Under the pieces are notes generated by a model. It saw only the letters and a list, made by a program, of their open reading frames with translations, ran no database searches and had not been told where the DNA came from. The position numbers were made by a program, and so were the translations under genes. 64,000 bases of DNA, taken from NCBI RefSeq assembly GCF_947568905.1, contig NC_079167.1:43400001-43464000 (forward strand), written 5' to 3'. This DNA is from Ostrea edulis. Its lineage: Eukaryota. The first letter of the stretch is position 1, and each line of letters begins with the position of its first letter. This document shows, piece after piece, positions 23,346 through 35,821 of the stretch.

Positions 23346-26300
23346 TTAAATTTCAATTTTAATATTTTTAAAAAAAGTTTGTTTGAAGCAAGTGTCGTTA
23401 ACAATAAATGACAATATAGGAATAGGCTGATAAGACTTTATTAAGATGTTGGTGCACTTGGCACGGGCCCACACGTTGATCTGTCAAAGGTGAACACGGA
23501 GGCCTTCGTAATTCCTCGGGTGTAATTGGAGAAGAACAAGGTCAGCTGCTGCGGTACTGTGAAAAAAAGTCATGTATATATGAAATATTGTAATACGTGT
23601 TTGATAAACTGTCCTACAATGACGTCAGAAGAGCAATCACTATTCACCATAAGACTGACAGTGAAGCATCTCTGTGTCACAATATTGGTTTTCAATTTGT
23701 GGAAATGAAATCTCGATATCTTTAAACTTAGAGAACACCTGCTGTATCAGCAATTGGGGTCCAGATTGTTCCTCTAAATTAGAAACCTACAATTAAACAC
23801 ATTGTTCATCCTGAACATGCTGAAGTGGAATTCAGATGTTGTGTTTGGCCTCCTCTCTATCTCGGATAAAATCCTGGTTCCGCCCCCACCCCTACCTTTG
23901 ATCGGGACCTAACGTAACCCTAGTTTTTATTTACCTCCTCCAATATCGCCGACAAGGGACTCCATGACAGGGGTACAGGTTCCGTCCGCGGTCAGAACGG
24001 CCTTGACACTGAATCCGGGCGTATCCAATGCAAAGGTGTTGACGGTAATGTGATGAGCGGGGGAGCCCAGCTGTGACGATTCAACGAACCGGGCGTGAGC
24101 TGTTCAAATAATAAAAAAAAATCTATAGTGCCTACAAACCGGGCGTGAGCTGTTCAAATAAAAAAAATATCTATAGTGCCTACAAACCGGGCGTGAGCTG
24201 TTCAAATAAAAATATATATCTATAGTGCCTACAAACCGGGCGTGAGCTGTTCAAATATAAAATATATCTATAGTGCCTACAAACCGAGCGTGAGCTGTTC
24301 AAACATAAACAATATTTATAGTGCTCACAATGTTCAAACATAAACAATATCTATAGTGCCCACCATGTTCAAATACAATAAATATTTATAGTGCTCACAA
24401 TGCTCAAATACAATAAATATATATAGTGCTCACAATGCTCAAATACAATAAATATTTATAGTGCTCACAATGTTCAAATACAATAAATATTTATAGTGCT
24501 CACAATGTTCAAATACAATAAATATTTATAGTGCTCACAATGTTCAAATACAATAAATATTTATAGTGCTCACAATGTTCAAACATAAACAATATCTATA
24601 GTGCCCACCATGCTCAAATACAATAAATATTTATAGTGCTCACAATGTTCAAACATAAAAAATATCTATAGTGCCCACAATGTTCAAATACAAAAAATAT
24701 TTATAGTGCTCACAATGTTCAAATACAATAAATATTTATAGTGCTCACAATGTTCAAATACAATAAATATTTATAGTGCTCACAATGTTCAAATACAATA
24801 AATATTTATAGTGCTCACAATGTTCAAATACAATAAATATTTATAGTGCTCAAAATGTTCAAATACAATAAATATTTATAGTGCTCACAATGTTCAAACA
24901 TAAACAATATCTATAGTGCCCACCATGTTCAAATACAATAAATATTTATAGTGCTCACAATGCTCAAATACAATAAATATATATAGTGCTCACAATGCTC
25001 AAATACAATAAATATTTATAGTGCTCACAATGTTCAAATACAATAAATATTTATAGTGCTCACAATGTTCAAATACAATAAATATTTATAGTGCTCACAA
25101 TGTTCAAATACAATAAATATTTATAGTGCTCACAATGTTCAAATACAATAAATATTTATAGTGCTCACAATGTTCAAACATAAACAATATCTATAGTGCC
25201 CACAATGCTCAAATACAATAAATATTTATAGTGCTCACAATGTTCAAACATAAAAAATATCTATAGTGCCCACAATGTTCAAATACAAAAAATATTTATA
25301 GTGCTCACAATGTTCAAATACAATAAATATTTATAGTGCTCACAATGTTCAAATACAATAAATATTTATAGTGCTCACAATGTTCAAATACAATAAATAT
25401 TTATAGTGCTCACAATGTTCAAATACAATAAATATTTATAGTGCTCACAATGTTCAAATACAATAAATATTTATAGTGCTCACAATGTTCAAATACAATA
25501 AATATTTATAGTGCCCATAGATCTGACATTATCTGAGTTTCAGTACTTACTGAGTTGACAAGTGTTTTTGAGTTTGAGTACTTACTGAGTTGACAAATGT
25601 TTTTGAGTTTGAGTACTTACTGAGTTGACAAATGTTTTTGAGTTTGAGTACTTACTGAGTTGACAAGTGTTTTTGAGTTTGAATACTTACTGAGTTGATA
25701 AGTGATTTTGAGTTTGAGTACTTACTGAGTTGACAAGTGATTTTGAGTTTGAGTACTTACTGAGTTGACAAGGGTCCTGGAGAGGAAATGAAGGTGCTCC
25801 TACTGTATAACACGCCCCGTTCACTAAAGAATAAGTTTGGTTCTGGAATAAACAAAAGTACTGTCTTATATTCTGCATACAGCACCTTCGTCAGGCTTCA
25901 CAAGATTTGATCATGTGATTACACTTCGTCATATACTAATGAGGTTTTTGAAATAGACATCTATTTCCTAAGAAATACATTTCCATTATTTTCTTCCGGA
26001 AACCTTCCCAATGTATACGCATTTCGCAAAATTCATTGCGTGTATGGGATGGTGAATGATTATAAAATATTGATATCGAATTTTATAGAGTAACACAACA
26101 TCCTTTCCTGGGTAAAGTATCAACATATCAAGTGCACATTGAGACAATGTGAACATCTATAAATATAGTCTTTCTCTCGGGGCTTAATACAGATAAAAGG
26201 GTAAAACTCACCGCTGCGTAGTCGTTGACGACCTTGTACGGGTACATGGTGTCGCCCACCTTAGTGGTTCCCTCCACATATGTCCTCTTGTTGGTGTAGT

Positions 26301-26851
26301 CAAATTGCAGAAAAAGTGATTGCTGTTAAAATCAAGCGTATGGAAATTCAAAGGAAGTGGGCAATTCTAATATTCGGAGCGATAAAAAGATTCGCACAAA
26401 AATGAACAGTAAATCATCCCTAACTACCATGCGCACGTGGAAATTAGAAACTTTTTTTTTTAACTTCAAAGTGAGTGCATGCTTGTAAAATCTGGTTTTG
26501 ACAGGCGGATGTTCACAATAACTATAAATTTCCATCAATCAGCTAACAATATTTAAAACAACTGTCTATGTTCACAAAGATTAATTACTAAACATGTTCA
26601 AATTATATAGTTTATACGATGGTGCCCAATCCTTGCACCATGCATACGTAAAAGTATCGGTTACAGTTTTGAATTTACGCAAAGATAATCCAACTTACAT
26701 CAATGAATTTACCTCCCGTATTTGGATCAGGCCGTCCTCCGGTTTCATCAATGGTAGCGGAGAACTGTTGGCCTATACAGCAAGGGGCAGGAGTGGTCGC
26801 TCTGCATAACACCGCTGGCAGAACAGAAATCAGTAAGAAAAACGGAGACAT
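23346..26851 (-). CDS. Ependymin-related protein B (5 exons; C-terminus uncertain)
   Basis: Exons 26851-26699, 26322-26212, 25842-25761, 24099-23935 and from 23556; phases 0/0/1/1; signal peptide, PCCIG, QFDY, GACY, DPC, TCTPV, terminal Cys. First in-frame stop is at 23346; a +1-frame TAA sits at 23441. Confidence 0.85.
24085..25520. repeat. Intronic minisatellite: five 48-50-bp acceptor-containing units grading into ~35 copies of a 35-bp unit
   Basis: AAACCGGGCGTGAGCTGTTCAAATA... units at 24085-24300, then GTGCTCACAATGTTCAAATACAATAAATATTTATA. Confidence 0.95.
25535..25772. repeat. 35-bp minisatellite built from the EPDR-B exon 3/intron 3 junction
   Basis: CTTAC ends at 25550, 25585, 25620, 25655, 25690, 25725, 25760; minus strand reads TCAACTCA|GTAAGT. 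Confidence 0.95.
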
Positions 26852-28469
26852 CATTACTGGTGGAGTTTGAGAAATAAAGTAGTTTAAATGCTTATTTGTC
26901 TGCGATCGAGATATAAACGGAATGCGATAAGAAAGTTCACTCCTCGATCTACGTTAAACTGACAACATAACGAACGCTTGTCTTGCTAAATCGATGTTCC
27001 AGTTAATAATTAGCACACAAAATTCATTTATAAAGCAATATATTAAGAAAGTTCTGAACTTCATTAATGAATTATTTTCTACGGGAAAATTAATTTCTAC
27101 ACATTTCTTCTACGAAAGCAGATTAACAACAGAATATTTAAGTTGTTGAGGTACACATTCAGTCCAAAGACATTTTGTCAAGGATCTCTTCGTCAACTGA
27201 GCTTGANNNNNNNNNNNNNNNNNNNNNNNNNNNNNNNNNNNNNNNNNNNNNNNNNNNNNNNNNNNNNNNNNNNNNNNNNNNNNNNNNNNNNNNNNNNNNN
27301 NNNNNNNNNNNNNNNNNNNNNNNNNNNNNNNNNNNNNNNNNNNNNNNNNNNNNNNNAATATTGATTGTGTAAAGTTGAAAAAAATGTATTGCATGCATTA
27401 CTATAAAGCTGAGACCTATAGACTCATAGAACAAACCTTAAATAAAAAGGGGGGATTGTATTCTAGGACAAATCGTTAAGTGTAAACCTTGATAATTATC
27501 AAATGTTCCGTTAAGTGTGCACGATTCCGGGGTGGGGTGGGGGTGGGGGCGGGGGTATGTACAAAGAGACCAAAATATGGGGAAGTGTTCTACGGGCCTC
27601 GTTTATGTACAAAACACGAGTTGGTCTTTATTATGTAGCACGGTTATGACAAGCTTAAAATTAACAAAAATAAAACATCAATGTCAGAGACGTAAAATGA
27701 GAATGGGTGATGCTCTTGTCATCAGGTCAGCAGAGGGGCATCAGAGTGGTCTATCGTTTCAGTGGCGGATCTAGAGGGAGTCATGGGGGTTGCCCCCTCC
27801 GCTTGAACATCTTTAACGAAAATAATCACTTTTTGCCATTTTGTGGTCTACAATCCCACCACCCCTGTTGCATAAACTGGAATTGCAACCCCACCCTCCC
27901 TGAAAATTTTCTGAATCCGCCCCTGGAAATTATTCAGTGTGAATTATGTGTCGTGGTAGATTGAGGTGAACGAAGATTACGATAAGAAAGTGCACTTCAT
28001 CAGGTGCTTATGAACGTATTACGAAAAATATAGAACATTGCAAAATTCGTGTGTGAGAACATAGCGTCTGTGAAAATCATTTGTACTCATTCATCATTAT
28101 CATTGTGGGAATTCCACAAAGAAATTCAATGAATTTTGTCTACCATAAAATATGTGTGTAATGTTTTCCTTTTCTATAATAGTAGTCCCGGAAGAGTCCG
28201 ACTTAAGCTCGAGATCTGCAAGTTCATTCTCCAACAGAAGGATACGGCTTTAATAGACATTAAATTGATCATTCATAATCATATACTTTGATATTAATAA
28301 AAAGAATGTATTTCAAAAGCTTCACTGTGTATTTATTTACATAAGTCAGAAGTGGAAATGATACATCCATTAACATTTGTTTTGATCAATTATTGTGATT
28401 TTGATTTTATCTACTATGGACTATATATTGACCATATAGGTTAACGCTATTTGGTACCGTAAAAGAGAG

Positions 28470-28521
<52 letters not shown>

Positions 28522-28741
28522 ATTCGTCACCCTTTCTTTGATTTCACACGCCTTAAGATCGTGTTTCATCCTCTGGTTAAATTAAAGTGCGCGTGTTAGA
28601 TATTTTGCAATGATTGTTACTTGATAATAAAACTACATTTAGTCTGCATTTCGTCACTCCAGCCTGTTTTTAGCCCGTTCTATCGTCGCCTGATAAGGCC
28701 GGTCAGCCGTCTTACAGATCTCACACAGACACACTACAGAC

Positions 28742-29536
28742 ATGATTAGAGAAGCCCTCCTCCTGCTGTCCGCGGCCAGCGCTGTTCTCGCCGCCAACCC
28801 CACCCCATGTTGCTGCAAGCATCAGTTCACCACCGACATGATCGAAGTAGGGGGTAAAGTGGACCCCAATACAGGAACGCCAGAACCCATCACTGTGAGT
28901 ACAACCTTAATCGCTCTCCGAATTAATTTGAACGGAAATCCCTCTTGCTAATTAGTAACCTCCACCCCTTTACTGCCCAACCTCTCAGATCGTCATCTGA
29001 GTCCGCAAAAGTCGCTGTCATAGAGGTTAAAAATAAATCAACAAGTTTCTCTATCAAATCACAATATCTCCGAGTTTCTCTATTTTCATAAAGATGTCAT
29101 TAAGAATCTTTCTATTATATTCCATCGGATTAAGTCCATCAGAGCCCAGGAGAGCAAAGACCTCTCCCTCGAAATAGAAGTAGATTGCCTAATATTCTAG
29201 GTTTGTGGCCTCTTGCACCCCCCCCCCCCCCAAATAAAACGAAAAATAAGAAGCACCACCTCATTGCCTTACACATTTGCATGCAGGTTCAATACTCCAT
29301 GGATTTCCAAACCATTTAGAGAATATCACCGGTGGATCTAGAGGGCACATACACCCTCCCCTCCCCTAAAAAAAATAAAAATTAAAAAATCTTAAAAATA
29401 ATAAGATATTGGTTCAAAAAAATCCTCTTGCATTTTACACATCTTTTGGAATATGATTGAAATTAGAAGGTTTCAAATTTTCATTTTCATCCTCGGGACA
29501 AATTGATGGTAGTATCGCTTTCCTAAGACTCGTTTT

Positions 29537-29598
<62 letters not shown>

Positions 29599-32500
29599 GT
29601 AGCTGTTAAGCAACGAATCCATTAAAATGTATCTGGTTAGTAGAGGCTGGATAAATTAAAATAAAACCGAAACGCCCCCAAAGAAACTTGTCGTCCACTC
29701 TAAAGGTGTGTGAACGTACGGACCATACCTTAGACAAAGGACAGACTACCTGAACGGCTGTAAAAATAGCACTATACATTTTTGATATAACAGGTTTTTT
29801 TTCTTTTCAAAGCATTGTTTTGAAACCATATTTGATCCAATCTTATTAAGATTTATACCAATAACTCATAAAAATTCTTAGTTTCTTATCACAATTTTAA
29901 ATTCACTCTTTCCATTGAATAGTGTGACAATTTGAGAGCAAACAAAAGTATTTGCTAACCTATTATTTGATATGTTTAAAAATCGTAAAACTCCAGTAGC
30001 TGCGAATGAAAAGTTACCATTAAAACCATAGCCAGAAACTACAGCATTCAATTTCATATACATCCGACGAGAAAGGGTTTCATATACACCTGTACATCCG
30101 ACTAGAAAGGGTTTTAATTGATTATTTTGAAAAAGGATCATTTAAAAAAGAATAAAGTGAACTTTTCAATCGGTCAAATACTTCTCTCCACTATTCGTAA
30201 GTATCGTGGTCTTATAAAAGAATCGAAATGAACTACTTGTATTCTTACAAGTCCGATCTCTTTCGCTGAATATCCTGGGCACTTTATTTTACAGAATTTT
30301 CTCAACAATGTAACGCTGAAAAACAGAAATATCTACCGATCACTGTGATAATAATAAAATAATTAAAATGACACTATTAGAATGAAATCTTATATCAATC
30401 TGCTCGTGTATTTCAATTATTCTAATTTCATCGATTCTATCATTAATTAAGAGGTTTACTAATTGCGTATGTGCTGATTTGTATTGTATATATGTATGTA
30501 TCTTACATGTTCTCTACACTGATGTGAATTAGTTTATGAGAATAAAGTCCTTGTCATTGACCAATCCCCTTCGAAAAACTCTTTGTTCAAACACAAACGG
30601 ATATTGATGATACTAAACATCGAATTTTAAACTGCAAGTCTGACTAACATCAGCACGTATTTGTCTTTAACTTTCGAAGCCATCGAAATCCTAACATCTA
30701 ATGGTTTGAATTTTACTAACTGGCCGGAAGAAGAATTGATTTTTTGTGTGGATGAAGCGGTGAATGTCACTGAATTATAGATTGAGAAAATCATTTAACT
30801 TGAGTGCTGTGATATACCGGTAATTCATTACGATATACATACTCCTCTAGATCTGCTCATGCAACTTGGTTAGCGAAGGGTCCCAACACTATATTGTCAC
30901 AATACTCTCAAGCATCTTCAAATGAGTTGAAAAGGAACCGAAAAGTGCTAGCCAATACCTCCTAGATCCACCGATCTCATCCTCAAATAAGCGGAGCGGA
31001 TCCAAACAAAGATCTCTAGTCAAGGTTTATGATCTCCGAGATCCACTGATCTGTTTCAAATGAGTGTAGCGAATCCAAACCAAGATATCTCGCCAAGGGC
31101 TCCGAGATTCGCTAATATCATATTCAAATTTATAAATGTAGCAGATGTAAACAAAGATCTCTAACCAAGGTTTACGATCTCCGAGATCCGCTGATCTCAT
31201 CTCCAAATGAGTATAGCGGATTGGAACTAAGGTCACCAGCCAAAGGACCCCATTTCGCCACAATCTAATTAAAATCAGATTTCCCCTAACCGTTACATTG
31301 GAGAAGGAATTTGAGGTTATGTCATTGACCCCAGTCTCGTGAATAATTCAATAAATATTCGACCAATAACAATAGCTTGACAAAGAATCAAGGACCAATC
31401 AGGATTCATTATACTGAAGCGTATTCGGTTTGTAAGTTCACAAAAAATGGCGTCGATCCATGAAAAGATTATACAAATTCCAAATACCAACGTTAAAGGA
31501 AGAGCAAACGAAGATCTTAGATGTTAATACATCCATTATCGTTAAAATGTATTTTCTGTGGCGTTCTAACATCGCTCAGAGCCGCGGTGGCCGAGAGGTT
31601 AGAGCGTTCGCCCGCATGCGGAAGGCCGGGGTTCGAATCCCGGCCGCGACAGACCTAAGTCGTTAAAACAGGTAGTGACAGTTCCATCGCCAAACGCTCG
31701 GCATCTGGTGTGAATGTCATGGGTTCTCGGAGATTACCTTAAAAACGGATAACTCGTGTCACAGTAGGTGTGGCACGCTAAAGAACCCTCACTGCTCAAT
31801 GGCCATAAGCGCCGAGCATAGGCCTAAATTTGAAGCCCTTCACCGGTCTTGGTGACGTCTCCATATGAGTGAAATATTCTCTAGTGAGACGCTAAGCAAG
31901 ATACAAGCAATCAATCGCTCAGAGCCGTCGCCATCTTCGATTATTATTCTCCCGTGCTTCTCGGTAATTATTGACCTACCAAGTACGTTCCGATATAACA
32001 GCAAAACTTTCTTGTTCACGGAAGCTGTCATTTGGACTGTCAAAAGCATGACTGAGATTTTGTTAAGAAACTAATAAGATAAGATGAGATGAGGTTTTTT
32101 TTAGAGCAAACTTTATCCTTTGATATACGCAGAATCACTATGCTAGGCTTGCGGAGAGTTTATGCATATGTTTGTATTACATTTTAGATCAGTAGTTCAT
32201 TACTCCAAACAAACAAAAGAAAGTGCATCAACACTGCAACTATAGTACAAATTCTCTAAGTATTCAACATCGCTCTCTGGTTGAAGCTTCACTGAAAGCG
32301 ATAAGCTACCCTCTACTGAAATCTGAAGCACTCTTATCATTCAAACCGATCCCGATTTCATAGAAATTCTATGTTATGTGACTTTTGTGTGTGTCTTTTC
32401 AGATCAAATCCACACTGTACTTTGATTACGACGCCAAAAAACAGCGCGTGGAGCGTACGATGGAGAATGATGACGGATCGACATACAACATGACCATCTA

Positions 32501-34263
32501 TGTCGATTATCACCAGGTTTGTCAGCCAATCAATCAATCAATCAATCAACCAATAAGACCGCCAATAAATACAGAAAATATAAGGAGAAATATTCGGATC
32601 TTTTAGAAAAGTGAAACATTTCTCTATAGTGGAACAAGTTAATATCAAAACGTATTTCGTAAGCAATGTAGAAACGAAATGTAAGCCTTTCATTTCAACT
32701 AAGAAAAGTACAACACATGACTGTATGCTCATCTAATCATGTTGATTTATTTCCCCAGCAAGTAACACGCTCAATCGTTGATGGAAAGTGTTACGTCACC
32801 AATCTTCAAAACGCAGTAATGCAAGAACCATGCGTACCCGGTAAGTCTCTGACGTCATCACTAGTCGCTGATGTCATCACTCACTGAAATTCTTGGGGAT
32901 GTGTNNNNNNNNNNNNNNNNNNNNNNNNNNNNNNNNNNNNNNNNNNNNNNNNNNNNNNNNNNNNNNNNNNNNNNNNNNNNNNNNNNNNNNNNNNNNNNNN
33001 NNNNNNNNNNNNNNNNNNNNNNNNNNNNNNNNNNNNNNNNNNNNNNCCCATTTGAGAGATTTTTTCACTTATGAGGAGAAGTCTCCAGCTTTAGGTGATA
33101 CATGCCACATACACGTATAGTCTACGCATGCGCTCAAGGCCACGAGAGTTCTTTATCGTACCAATGTCCGCCGTCATATGGGACTTCCGTTTTTGAGGTA
33201 ACATCCGAAAGACACGTGATTTTCACTTCTTAATGCCGGGCTCTTGGTGAAACAACAGTCATTATTTAGGTCTAATGCAGCGCCAGAATAGAGAATTGAA
33301 CTCGGGATCTCGCGGTTACGGGGCGAGCGCCTAACTCATCAGCACACCGTGACTGGTCTTGTGATTAGCTTATCTCAGCAGGATTTGTGCATGGAGACGT
33401 TATGTAAAGATAAAAATGTAATTAGCAATGGCTATAAAACACAGATTGATATGAAAATTAAGGAAAGACCGTAGATGATTACTTCAATATCTTTGGAAAT
33501 TCTCTGATAAAAGTTTCCCTGCATTCGCAGCTATCTAATGTTATTGTTTTGATTTTTTACCAGCTGTTGCTACATTCGTGGGTACGCGCGTCCTGGGATC
33601 TGCCAACAATGGTGTCACAGTGAACTCGTTCTACGCCGACATGCAGAAAGCCGCTAACGTCACAATGAAGGTCTCCGTCACTGCTGACGACTGCACACCC
33701 GTGTCTGCTTCTTCTTATGGCGTCATAGGAGGAGGTAAGGTCAAAAGTTACTCACAAGAAATCAGTAAAGAAAATTGCAATCCCCTGACACATAAGAGGA
33801 GGAGGCGTTTTGATGCAATTGCTCCCAATCTGATATTTAGATGTATCTGATTTATTTTCATTTTTCATAGCTGTTGAGGAAATCACATATTTCTTCACCA
33901 ACCTACAATACAGCTTACCTCATCAAGTGTTCCACATACCAGCCGCGTGCCACGGAGTCCATGTGAGTATTAGTCAATGCTGTGTTACGATTGCATACAT
34001 TTTAAATGTTTAAACTGACACTATATATATAGATACCATCTCACGAACATCTATAACGTTAGTCATAACACATACTGTTATACTTTCATGTGATTTAGAC
34101 GAATTTGAATGGTTTATTAATGATTTTCATTAAACATATTATATAATATGATATAGTTTTGTGTCTTTACAAGTATACTATTTCCTTTTATTTTTAGGGT
34201 CCAGTCGTTGGAAGGGATGTCAAACTGCCAGTATATCTCCAAAGATTATTAAATGTGGAATAA
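28742..34263 (+). CDS. Ependymin-related protein C (225 aa, 6 exons)
   Basis: Exons 28742-28894, 32403-32516, 32759-32840, 33564-33734, 33871-33962, 34198-34263; GT-AG, 678 nt open; signal peptide, PCCC, LYFDYD, GKCY, EPC, DCTPV, FHIPAAC. Confidence 0.9.
31581..31913 (+). mobile_element. tRNA-derived SINE, full length, in EPDR-C intron 1
   Basis: A box TGGCCGAGAGG, B box GGTTCGAATCC (31630-31640), (CAAT)n tail, flanking direct repeat ATCGCTCAGA(GCCG). Confidence 0.88.
33047..33358 (-). mobile_element. Diverged copy of the same tRNA SINE family
   Basis: Reverse complement follows the 31581-31913 copy (head, body, TCTCC.CATA.GTGAAA 3' region); abuts an N gap. Confidence 0.65.
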
Positions 34264-34686
34264 ACTTATATTTCTATAGTTTACGAATTGTCTGCTTTGA
34301 TATAACTTGATGACTTGATGATAAAATGTTTTGGATATTATTATAGTTTCGAAACACAAAGCATTAAGATAGAATAAGAATGAATACATATATGTAAGAA
34401 TGAATACATATATGTACAAAAACAAATAGAAAGAGATGTTTTAGCCGGGTAGTTCATTTGTCCATTGCGGTTGTGATTTCGATACTCTTACAAAGTTTGC
34501 TGCAAATGTACTGCAAGTTTTCCGTAAGTTTGTGGCAAACAAATCATTATGGGACTAGTGACAGTGTGACAGACGTGCACCGCAATTTTTTCTTGAAAGA
34601 GACTTGAAACAGTGCACGAAAAGTTCCCATCTGATTAAAATCAGATCTTTGATCCACTCCGGTAATGTTATGTCACAGCTGTCAGA

Positions 34687-35091
34687 TTGTCGAAATGCGC
34701 ATCTGGTGCATCAAAATTGGTACCGTATAAGTTTTACATTACGACCCCTGGGTCGATGTCTCTGCTGGTGGACTGTTAGTCCCCGAAGGTTTCTACAGTC
34801 CAGTAGCTAAGTACTTTGTTACTAGCTTGAAAATACGGGTGTATGTTTAATTGCTGGGATAAAATTTAGAAATTCATTTCAAAATTAAGGATTATCTCCC
34901 TCATGCATAGATCTTATCCTTGGACGAATCTGGCTCCAGTTTTTTTGGCACTCTAGTTTTCCTCTTAGCTCTTACAAGTTTATTGTTATTTCAAATTTTC
35001 AAAAATTTCGGCTTGAGCATCACTGAAGAGACATTATTTGTCGAAATGCGCATCTGGTGCATCAAAAGTGGTACCGTATAAGTTTTACATT
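34687..35091 (+). mobile_element. Non-LTR retrozyme-like element, ~1.15 monomers
   Basis: 54-nt terminal direct repeat (34687-34740, 35038-35091); predicted cleavage sites after 34703 and 35054, 351 nt apart. Confidence 0.8.
35017..35060 (+). ncRNA. Minimal type I hammerhead ribozyme
   Basis: Identical to 2513-2556; predicted cleavage after C35054. Confidence 0.85.
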
Positions 35092-35821
35092 GCAAAAGTT
35101 CCCAACATTTTCTTGAATATTTACAATATGTAGAATCAAAACAGCTATATTCCACCAGAATGTTAAATAAACGTTTTCTGTAATCTGTTCTTGGAACAAC
35201 TTTTTGGAAAAGAATTCAAATTGTAGCAACTCATGAACAGTCCAAGAATTTCAATTTTTTATCTTTAATGATCAAGTTCAAATTAGATATTGTAATGATT
35301 TTCGAATCGATGAAGAATTTTTCAGGAACTTTGGGTGTAGTAGATTGTCTCCAGATTTCTGAGGAAAAGTACATGGTTGGAATGCGTGAATTTTGAATAC
35401 TGTAAACGTACTTTTTCCACGGGTTCATAAATCCACGGAATCACAATTTCTGTTTATTCCGCGGGTAGAAAATTAGGCGGATTTCTTAAAATTTGTGACC
35501 GCGTACATAGTGTAAATTAATACCGCGCGGAAAAAAGTACTTCTACAGTATATGTCATTCTTGTATGCAAATGCTGCTGAAATCAGTTGTTATGATGCAC
35601 ATATTCCTGTTCTGCAAAAGCCATACTTTTTAATATCTGTACATATACTTTAGATGATCATAGATACTCCTTTGTCATAATTGTATACACAATTCTAGTA
35701 AGAGCACCATCTGTATAGCATTGCTAGTTTAATAAGGGTTAAAAAACACACATTCATTTGACATAATTGAACTGAAAATGTCAAGATTCACCAATTTAAT
35801 TAAAACACAACCTGGCCTTAA

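Noticed and set aside
31581-31655. tRNA genes at 31.6 kb, 6.9 kb and 13.3 kb
   Set aside because: They have A and B boxes but no closed cloverleaf; they continue into SINE or MITE bodies.
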